Below, piece by piece: positions 1 through 5,851 of a stretch of 8,270 bases of DNA (the stretch's first letter is position 1; every line of letters begins with the position of its first letter). The position numbers were made by a program, and so were the translations under genes. The stretch is from NCBI RefSeq assembly GCF_035285525.1, contig NZ_JAYKGW010000152.1:1-8270 (forward strand), read 5' to 3'. The notes beneath the pieces are model-generated. The model searched no databases, was not told the DNA's origin, and worked only from the letters and a program-made list of their open reading frames with translations. The DNA comes from Okeania sp. GTDB lineage: Bacteria > Cyanobacteriota > Cyanobacteriia > Cyanobacteriales > Microcoleaceae.

Positions 1-936
1 ATTGAAGACTGGCGAACTGATGAAGTTTGGCTATATTTAATGCAGTGGGAAAATCCTTGGGGAAATAGTAATCAAGATTTACTAGCAATGTATCGAGGTG
101 CAACGGAAGATAATGAATGTCCGTTAGTAGTTGATACTTCTACTCCTAGTTGTGGAAGTTCTCGGTTTGGATGCTGGGTTTGCACTTTAGTAGATACTGA
201 GAAGTTTATGTCAGTAATGATTCAAAATGATGAAGAAAAAGAATGGTTACAACCATTAGTAGACTTGCGTAAAGAACTAGATATTTCTGACAGAAATAAA
301 AGAGATTTTCGGAGGATTTGGGGTACAGTTCAACTGTTTGAACGGAAAGTAGATGGTGAAGTTTCTGTGGAACCAATACCAGGTCCTTACAAAAAAGAAT
401 GGCGGGATACTTTACTGAGAAAACTATTAGAAGCTCAAACAAAAATTCGGGAAACTGCTCCAGAAAATCTGCGAGATATTACTCTTATTTCTTTGGAAGA
501 ATTGAGTGAAATTAGACGTATTTGGTTGGAAGAAAAACACGAGTTTGATGATAGTTTACCTCGCATATATGAAGAGGTAACAGGAGAAGAATTTCAAGAT
601 TGTCGTCCTGGTGCAGGAATAAGTCTTTTAGGTAGTGATGAATGGTCTGTTTTAGAAGAAATATGTAATGAGGATGAAATGCACCTTGAACTTATGGCAA
701 AACTATTAGATACAGAACGGCAATATTATATTAAGTCTCACCGATATAGGATTTATGAAAGTCTCGAAAAATGTTTTGAAACAAGTTCTCGTTCTAAGGA
801 AGAAGCTATTCAAAATGCTCATAATAAAAGAGATTTAAAAGAAGCTGTCGAGACAGGAAAAGTGTCAGAGAAAATTAAACAATTAAGTTGGGCAAATATG
901 AAGTTTTCTCGTCAAAGCTCAATAGATAATGAATAA
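1..936 (+). CDS. dndC: DNA phosphorothioation protein DndC (PAPS-reductase-like ATP pyrophosphatase, 4Fe-4S). C-terminal ~311 codons only; the 5' end lies left of the window.
   Basis: Frame 1 is open from nt 1 (IEDWRTDEVWLYL precedes the listed Met at 40), so the ORF is 5'-truncated. It contains the cysteine cluster C-x10-C-x6-C-x2-C (NECPLVVDTSTPSCGSSRFGCWVCT) with the SRFGCWVCT motif I recognise from DndC. A clear DndD lies co-oriented downstream. Stop TAA at 934-936. Confidence 0.88.
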   Translation: MEDWRTDEVWLYLMQWENPWGNSNQDLLAMYRGATEDNECPLVVDTSTPSCGSSRFGCWVCTLVDTEKFMSVMIQNDEEKEWLQPLVDLRKELDISDRNKRDFRRIWGTVQLFERKVDGEVSVEPIPGPYKKEWRDTLLRKLLEAQTKIRETAPENLRDITLISLEELSEIRRIWLEEKHEFDDSLPRIYEEVTGEEFQDCRPGAGISLLGSDEWSVLEEICNEDEMHLELMAKLLDTERQYYIKSHRYRIYESLEKCFETSSRSKEEAIQNAHNKRDLKEAVETGKVSEKIKQLSWANMKFSRQSSIDNE

Positions 937-1090
937 TGAATAATTACTTTTCTCTTTTGATAAATCTCTATTTTTTCCAGTCTGAGTCAGAGGCAAAAAT
1001 TATCTGTTTTTTTAGCAAGAAAATTTGATTTTTCAGATGATGAAAATTTATCTGAAAAACTTATATCTGGAAAACCTCTATTTTCCCAGT

Positions 1091-1157
1091 GGTAGTTCTA
1101 TATATGTAGTTATAAGTTAATGTAAATGATTAGTTCTTAACATTAATGTTGAAAATC
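1091..1157. repeat. Left terminal inverted repeat of the 1.8-kb insertion.
   Basis: Pairs with the reverse complement of 2852-2918 (28/31 outer, 51/67 total). Confidence 0.7.
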
Positions 1158-1167
1158 TTACCGAATA

Positions 1168-1273
1168 ATTAAGGAATGAGAATTAAATAATATCCACAAA
1201 AATTGGCTAGAAGTACCGCACTAAAATGCTCCTGTACAGGAAATCTGGAAGTTAATAAATTCTCATTCCTAAT
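1168..1273. repeat. Small IR-bounded unit (13-bp perfect stem, 73-nt interior).
   Basis: AGGAATGAGAATT at 1172-1184 is the exact reverse complement of AATTCTCATTCCT at 1258-1270. The ATTA/TAAT flanks extend the pairing imperfectly. Confidence 0.55.
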
Positions 1274-1280
1274 AATTAAT

Positions 1281-1521
1281 AATTAGGGTTTGCTGAAAAA
1301 GTCTGATGGTAGAGGTAGGGAGTAGTTAGGAGTCAGGAAAAATAAGAGTTATAAAGGAATTAGTTAGCAGAATTGTCTCTTGATTTTTCTCTAAAGCGCG
1401 AGCTTTTTGTTCTAACTTTTTTAATCTTTTTGACCTAAAAGCTGATACTTTTTTCCAACAAACAAGTTGCTAAAATCTTTATTTTTAAATTCTTTCATAT
1501 TTCTATACGCAAGCCCTAATT
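1281..1521 (+). repeat. MITE-like non-coding module, copy E1 (241 bp), nested inside the 1.8-kb insertion.
   Basis: The left end is AATTAGGGTTTGCTGAAAAAG. The right end reverse-complemented is AATTAGGGCTTGCGTATAGAA (12/13 over the first 13 nt). Internal blocks CTCTTGATTTTTCT, TTTTTGACCTAAAAGCTGATACTTTTTT and ATATTTCTATACGCAAGCCCTAATT are shared with the copies at 4983-5802. Confidence 0.7.
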
Positions 1522-1614
1522 ATTCATTCAACAATTCAGGTTGAAAGCCTCCCTTTATTAGGGAGAAAAATGAAAAATTTTCCTTTGAGTCAATCCCCTT
1601 TTTTCAAGAAGGGG

Positions 1615-1649
1615 TAATTATTAATTATTAATTGTTCATTATTAATTGC
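1615..1649. repeat. Heptanucleotide tandem repeat (TAATTAT)n, 5 units, STRR-like.
   Basis: The units read TAATTAT TAATTAT TAATTGT TCATTAT TAATTGC. The same heptamer array recurs at 5798-5839. Confidence 0.8.
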
Positions 1650-1725
1650 TGAATTCTTTCCTGCTTAAAAATTAAAAAATTATTGTGTAGGCGATCGCCT
1701 TCCGCAAAGCTCCGCTAACGCTGTA

Positions 1726-1731
1726 TATAAT
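1726..1731 (+). promoter_or_regulatory. Candidate -10 box (TATAAT) for the hydrolase gene.
   Basis: A perfect TATAAT lies 26 nt upstream of the ATG at 1757, and a second TATAAT is at 1750-1755. No convincing -35 or Shine-Dalgarno. In AT-rich DNA such hexamers arise by chance. Confidence 0.25.
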
Positions 1732-1756
1732 CAGCTATAAAATTATCAGTATAATT

Positions 1757-2812
1757 ATGTTAAAAAGAACTTCCCTAATTTTTCTTGTTATATCTATATC
1801 TATGTTTACAAGTACGATTTTTATTTACAAGAATAACGCAGCTAAAACAGAATCTTATAAATTTGTACCTTCAAAATCTTATAAATTTGTACCTTCAAAA
1901 TCTTATACATCTCTACCTTCAGAATCTTATAAATCTCTACCTTCAGAATCTTATAAATCTGTACCTTCAGAATCTTATAAATCTGTACCCTCAGAATCTT
2001 ATAAATCTGTACCCTCAGAATCTTATACATTTGTACCTTCAGAATCTTTGAAAGATATAGCAATGAACAGCGGTTTATCTGAAGAAGCTAATATTACAGT
2101 TTGCAACCTCAAAGGACTATGCGAACATCTCAACGGGAATGAACAACTCCTTAGTGTTGCTAGCTTAATGAAGCTACCTATTGCTGTAGCACTTATCGAA
2201 AAAATAACTACAAACAATATAGATATTAACACTCAAATTTATCTAGAACCAGAAAATTTTACTGAAGATAATTCAACCTTAGATGCAGGAAACAATTATA
2301 CTTTAAAAGAACTGTTATCTGAAATGATTATTAATAGTAGTAATATTGCTCCTAATCAATTAATAGATTATTTGAGTCGTAGTTATATCAACCAAGTATT
2401 AGAGGAACAGGATTATAAAATATTAAGAGTCAATTCTAAATTCATAGGTGATTATATTATTCCATATGATATGGGATTCATTCCTAATACTGCAAATAGT
2501 GATGAACTTACTATAATGATGGTCCGTATTTATAGCAATCTTCATTTAACACACTATAAATTATTAGCTACTTTACTTGCTCAACAGCACGATCATGATT
2601 TAGGATTTACTGCATTAGAAAATACTAAAGTTCAATGGATGGGAGAAAAAACAGGTCAAAATGCTGGAGTTCTTGGTACTACTTTGGCTATAAAAGTATC
2701 AGGGGAAATTTATATTATTACTGTAATAGATGATGGAGATTATAGCGAAATAGCCCTTCGCAAATCTATTACCAATATCGCCGATTATATTTTCAAAAAA
2801 GAATCTTTTTGA
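1757..2812 (+). CDS. Exported/membrane-anchored class-A beta-lactamase-fold serine hydrolase with an N-terminal octapeptide repeat linker.
   Basis: The N-terminus is hydrophobic (LIFLVISISMFTSTIFIY), followed by 8 copies of (E/K)SY(K/T)(F/S)(V/L)PS. The three class-A motifs occur in the correct order: S-x-x-K (ASLMKLP, nt 2162-2173), S-D-N equivalent (INSSNIAPNQL) and K-T-G (GEKTGQ). No omega-loop Glu could be assigned by eye. Confidence 0.75.
   Translation: MLKRTSLIFLVISISMFTSTIFIYKNNAAKTESYKFVPSKSYKFVPSKSYTSLPSESYKSLPSESYKSVPSESYKSVPSESYKSVPSESYTFVPSESLKDIAMNSGLSEEANITVCNLKGLCEHLNGNEQLLSVASLMKLPIAVALIEKITTNNIDINTQIYLEPENFTEDNSTLDAGNNYTLKELLSEMIINSSNIAPNQLIDYLSRSYINQVLEEQDYKILRVNSKFIGDYIIPYDMGFIPNTANSDELTIMMVRIYSNLHLTHYKLLATLLAQQHDHDLGFTALENTKVQWMGEKTGQNAGVLGTTLAIKVSGEIYIITVIDDGDYSEIALRKSITNIADYIFKKESF
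1850..2050 (+). repeat. In-frame 24-bp tandem repeat, 8 full units plus a 9-bp partial unit (consensus GAATCTTATAAATCTGTACCTTCA).
   Basis: Unit boundaries fall at 1850, 1874, 1898, 1922, 1946, 1970, 1994, 2018 and 2042. Units differ by only 0-4 nt. The repeat encodes the ESYKSVPS repeats of the 1757-2812 ORF. Confidence 0.95.
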
Positions 2813-2851
2813 TGGCGATATATTCAGACTACTGGTACTTAAACATTTTCT

Positions 2852-2918
2852 GATTTCAGAAATTAATGTCATCACTTAATGGCTTATATTAACATATCAC
2901 TACATATACAGAACTACC
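2852..2918. repeat. Right terminal inverted repeat of the 1.8-kb insertion.
   Basis: Its reverse complement matches 1091-1157 (28/31 outer, 51/67 total). The tip ...ACATATACAGAACTACC ends 70 nt upstream of the dndD ATG. Confidence 0.7.
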
Positions 2919-2988
2919 AAAAAATCAAGTTAATTATCTCGCTAATTTTCTCCCTATTCTCTACTCCGTATTCCCTAAAAAAACTAAA

Positions 2989-4971
2989 ATGATTTTTCTA
3001 GAACTCGTCTTACAAAACTTCGGACCATACTTCGGTAAACAAACAATAAACCTTCGCCCTACTAACACTAACCATCCCCGTCCGATCATCTTATTTGGAG
3101 GTATGAATGGAGGCGGAAAAACTACTCTTTTAGATGCTATTCGTCTGGCACTTTATGGTCATCGTGCCCAATGTTCAACTAGAGGAAATTTAACTTATGG
3201 TGACTTTCTTTCTCAATGCGTAAATCGCAATACTCCTCCTACAGAAAAAACTCGAATTGAATTAGCTTTTGAACATATTCAAGACGACCAAGTTGTAGAA
3301 TATCGTATCGTTCGTACTTGGGAAAAAAATCCGAAAGATGGTAAAGATAATCTAGGAATCCTTGATGGGGAATGGCCTGATTCTTACTTAGCAAATACCT
3401 GGGATGAATATATAGAAAATCTCTTACCTTTGGGAATTTCTAATCTATTTCTTTTTGATGGAGAACAAGTAAAAGAGTTAGCTGAACTAGAAATACCACC
3501 ACCTTCAGTCGTAGATGCAATTCAATCATTATTAGGATTAGAATTAGCCGAACGTTTGGCAGCAGATTTAGATATTTTAGTGACTCGGAAAAAGAAACAA
3601 CTTACTAAGACTAAAGAAATAGCAAATTTAGAAGAAATTGAACAAAAACTTCATCAGCAAAAAACAGATTTGGAAGTTGCTACAAAAAAATTGAAAGATT
3701 TAGAAAAGCAATTAGATAAATCTCAAGAAAAGCAAAAAAAAGCCATGAGAAAATTTGTCTCAGAAGGAGGAAAAATTGCTGCGGAAAAAAGTCAGTTAGA
3801 ACAAGAGTTTAAAGATGTAGAATTGGAAATGGATAATGCTCGTCAAAAAATGGTTGAACTTGCTGGGGGTGCTTTACCTCTAGCTTTAATTTCTCCCCTT
3901 TTGGAACAAGCAAGTTCTCAAGGCGATTTAGAAATTTTACGTCAGGAAGCTGAAATTGCTTTGGATGCTTTTCAGGAAAGAGATAAACGTCTACTTGATT
4001 ATCTGAATAATTTATCTATTCCTATTGATAAAGTTAGTAAAATTGAAGAGTTTCTCAATCAAGAAAATTTGACCCTGAAAGAAGAGATTAATCAAGTTGA
4101 TGAACCTTGGTTATTGGCTGATGAAGAAGCTTTAACTTTATTAGAAAATTTGTTGCGCAATGACATTGAAAATTCTCGGAAAAATGCTCAAGAAAGTTTA
4201 AGTAGTTTGCAAGATTTGGAAGTAGAAATAAATGTTCTGGAAAAACAATTAGCAACCGCAGCATCTCCCGAAGCTTATGAACTTTTAGCAACTGCTTTGG
4301 AAGAAGCGCAAACTGAGTTAGCAAGAGTACAAGTTGCTTGTGAAAATAGTCAACGCGATCGCAAAAATTTGGAGGATGCGATTAATAAAACTAAGAAAGA
4401 ATTGTTTAATTTTACCGACGAAACTATGGAGCGTCAAAATATTCAACATATAATTAATTCTTCTGCCAAAGTCAAGCAAACTTTACAGCTATTTAAAGAT
4501 AAATTAACTGTCAAAAAACTCAATAAATTAGAAATAGAAATTACTGAATGTTTACGTTACCTTTTGCATAAGTCTGACTTAGTTCATCGCATCGCTATTG
4601 ATACTCATAATTTTGCTCTTTCTCTCTATGATAATCAAGGCAAACTTGTTCCTAAACATCGAATATCTGCTGGAGAAAAACAACTTTTAGCAATTTCTTT
4701 TTTATGGGGTTTAGCAAGAGTTTCTGGTAGACGTTTACCTGTGGTTATTGATACACCTTTAGGTAGGTTAGATTCAGAGCATCGGCAAAATTTAGTTGAA
4801 CGTTATTTCCCTGCTGCTAGTCATCAAGTAATTCTCTTATCTACTGATACTGAAGTTGGTAAATTAGAAGTAGAAAATTTGCGTAATTTAGAAGCGATCC
4901 AATACGAATATTTGCTCAAATATGATTCTCAAAAAAATCAAACTAATATCAAAAAAGGTTATTTCTGGTAA
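2989..4971 (+). CDS. dndD: DNA sulfur modification protein DndD (SMC/ABC-like ATPase).
   Basis: The protein is 660 aa. The N-terminus MIFLELVLQNFGPYFGKQTINL plus Walker A GGMNGGGKTT (nt 3097-3126) matches the DndD family start. The middle is a long coiled-coil-like, E/K/L/Q-rich region. The C-terminus has the signature-like ISAGEKQLLAISFLWGLA and the Walker B/D-loop LPVVIDTPLGRLD. The gene lies co-oriented downstream of dndC. Confidence 0.9.
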   Translation: MIFLELVLQNFGPYFGKQTINLRPTNTNHPRPIILFGGMNGGGKTTLLDAIRLALYGHRAQCSTRGNLTYGDFLSQCVNRNTPPTEKTRIELAFEHIQDDQVVEYRIVRTWEKNPKDGKDNLGILDGEWPDSYLANTWDEYIENLLPLGISNLFLFDGEQVKELAELEIPPPSVVDAIQSLLGLELAERLAADLDILVTRKKKQLTKTKEIANLEEIEQKLHQQKTDLEVATKKLKDLEKQLDKSQEKQKKAMRKFVSEGGKIAAEKSQLEQEFKDVELEMDNARQKMVELAGGALPLALISPLLEQASSQGDLEILRQEAEIALDAFQERDKRLLDYLNNLSIPIDKVSKIEEFLNQENLTLKEEINQVDEPWLLADEEALTLLENLLRNDIENSRKNAQESLSSLQDLEVEINVLEKQLATAASPEAYELLATALEEAQTELARVQVACENSQRDRKNLEDAINKTKKELFNFTDETMERQNIQHIINSSAKVKQTLQLFKDKLTVKKLNKLEIEITECLRYLLHKSDLVHRIAIDTHNFALSLYDNQGKLVPKHRISAGEKQLLAISFLWGLARVSGRRLPVVIDTPLGRLDSEHRQNLVERYFPAASHQVILLSTDTEVGKLEVENLRNLEAIQYEYLLKYDSQKNQTNIKKGYFW

Positions 4972-4982
4972 TATAGAACTAC

Positions 4983-5206
4983 TTGAATCGGGAATAGGGA
5001 ACAGGTGCGAATTTCTATTTTTTTATTTACTTTTTGATTTGTCACAACCTATTTAAGATTGCTATATCACCTCTAATTTTTCTGCCCAACTCTTGCCCAA
5101 ATACTAACTTTTTGACTTAGGCAAACATCTGGTACTTTTTTACTGCCTAAAATGACTAAAACCTTTAGATATAAATCCTTTTATATTTCATCAGCAATCC
5201 CTAATT
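4983..5206 (+). repeat. MITE-like module, copy E0. Lacks the canonical left end and abuts the dndD stop.
   Basis: It shares CTCTAATTTTTCTGCC, AAATACTAACTTTTTGAC, CTGGTACTTTTTT and the right end ...CAGCAATCCCTAATT with the other copies. Its last 80 bp are identical to the corresponding part of E2. Confidence 0.6.
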
Positions 5207-5584
5207 ATAGTTTGCTGAAAAAGTCTTTTAGTCCGAGGGAGGAGTCAGAATCTAGCAATTCTGCAATCCAGAAGGAATAGTCATTACAAAAGAGGTAGGA
5301 ATAAGAATTATCTCTTGATTTTCTGTCACAATTAGCCAAAAATACTAATTAGCGTTGGTAATTTAATTGGTGGGATAATTTTTGAATAGGGGTGATTCCC
5401 ATTACTTACTCTAGTTAAATATTTAGAGGTATTAAAAACAGATTACTTTTCAAACTTTATCCCTTGATTTACCAACGCTGACTTTTTAGCTTTCCCGACC
5501 TAAAATCTGGTACTTTTTTACTGCCTAAAATGACTAAAACCTTTAGATATAAATCCTTTTATATTTCATCAGCAATCCCTAATT
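5203..5584 (+). repeat. MITE-like module, copy E2 (382 bp, or 253 bp without the nested insert).
   Basis: The left end is AATTATAGTTTGCTGAAAAAG. The right end reverse-complemented is AATTAGGGATTGCTGATGAAA, which is 17/21 to the E1 left end. It overlaps the neighbouring copies by the shared AATT. Confidence 0.7.
5351..5479. repeat. Nested 129-bp IR-bounded insert inside module E2.
   Basis: AGCGTTGGTAA at 5351-5361 is the exact reverse complement of TTACCAACGCT at 5469-5479 (12/13 with one more base). The insert interrupts E2 just after the conserved AAATACTAAYT block, ahead of the TTTTTGAC-type block that follows it directly in E0. Confidence 0.6.
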
Positions 5585-5802
5585 ATAGTTTGCTGAAAAA
5601 GCAGAGTGTGGGAACTGTAGTCCGGGTGGGAATAAAAATAATTAGGAGGAATAATTGTTCCTTAATTTTTCTGCCATAGCTAGCCTGAAATGCTAACTAA
5701 TTGAAGTGTTTTTTGCTGAAATAAGTACACTTTTTTTGACCCAAAAAAGGTAAGTACCTTTATGTATCAATGCTTTGATATTTCCATACGGAAACCCTAA
5801 TT
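5581..5802 (+). repeat. MITE-like module, copy E3 (222 bp).
   Basis: The left end AATTATAGTTTGCTGAAAAAG is identical to that of E2. The right end is ...CATACGGAAACCCTAATT. Internal blocks CCTTAATTTTTCTGCC, AAATGCTAACT and TTTTTTGACCCAAAA are shared with the other copies. Confidence 0.7.
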
Positions 5803-5839
5803 ACTAATTGTTAATTATTAATTATTAATTATTGATTTA
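5798..5839. repeat. Heptanucleotide tandem repeat (TAATTAY)n, 5 units plus a degenerate sixth.
   Basis: The units read TAATTAC TAATTGT TAATTAT TAATTAT TAATTAT TGATTTA. The array starts within the right end of E3 and ends 13 nt before the ATG at 5852. Confidence 0.8.
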
Positions 5840-5851
5840 ACCTATTTTTTT

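Larger units (their letters stand above)
1091..2918. mobile_element. Putative non-autonomous insertion (1,828 bp) bounded by long imperfect terminal inverted repeats. Carries a serine-hydrolase gene; no transposase.
   Basis: 1091-1157 and the reverse complement of 2852-2918 align without gaps. Identity is 28/31 at the tips (GGTAGTTCTATATATGTAGTTATAAGTTAAT vs GGTAGTTCTGTATATGTAGTGATATGTTAAT) and 51/67 overall (hand count). The segment sits exactly in the normally tight dndC-dndD junction. No obvious target-site duplication (flanks ...CCCAGT / AAAAAATC...). Confidence 0.5.

Noticed and set aside
206-442. 78-aa ORF on the minus strand.
   Set aside because: It lies entirely antisense within the well-supported dndC frame. 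The sequence is low-complexity and hydrophobic with no recognisable motif, which is typical of a spurious ORF in AT-rich DNA.
961-1090. Direct repeats ATCTCTATTTTTTCCAGT (964-981) / ACCTCTATTTTCCCAGT (1074-1090) and TATCTG(G)AAAAC repeats just left of the insertion. Could be an attachment site or target duplication.
   Set aside because: Both copies lie on the same side of the insertion and nothing similar follows the right TIR. The region is low-complexity T/A-rich sequence, so this is not interpretable as a TSD.
1281-1290. Telomere-like TTAGGGTTT in the module termini.
   Set aside because: It is a single occurrence per terminus, forms part of the inverted-repeat end, and has no tandem TTAGGG array. 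I take it as coincidental.
1850-2050. The 24-bp tandem repeat as a non-coding VNTR or CRISPR-like array.
   Set aside because: It is in-frame (unit = 8 codons) inside an ORF that runs from a signal/anchor sequence into a catalytic domain, so it is a coding repeat.
1785-2063. ORFs 1785-2051 (+, LINLYLQN repeats) and 1842-2063 (-, YKILKVQI repeats).
   Set aside because: These are alternative-frame and antisense readings of the 24-bp tandem repeat. They stay open only because the repeat unit lacks stops. The 1757-2812 frame continues into a domain with the catalytic motifs.
2023-2232. 69-aa minus-strand ORF.
   Set aside because: It is antisense to the serine-hydrolase gene across its SxxK region and has no motif support.
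4088-4324. 78-aa minus-strand ORF.
   Set aside because: It is antisense within the dndD coiled-coil region and has no motif support.
4973-5025. Possible intrinsic terminator after dndD (ATAGAA...TTCTAT followed by a T-run).
   Set aside because: The stem is only 6 bp and AT-rich, with a ~34-nt loop. That is not convincing as a Rho-independent terminator.
5152-5679. Two small ORFs sharing the N-terminus MTKTFRYKSFYISSAIPNYSLLKK (5152-5280, 42 aa; 5530-5679, 49 aa).
   Set aside because: The shared part is simply the 97-bp perfect DNA repeat. The ORFs diverge completely after it, lack a ribosome-binding site, and the homologous positions in modules E1 and E3 have no ATG or open frame.
4983-5802. 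Possible CRISPR array or other repeat-spacer structure.
   Set aside because: The units are 220-380 bp, not 25-40-bp repeats with unique spacers. The seemingly variable parts are diverged homologues of one another. No cas genes are present in the window.
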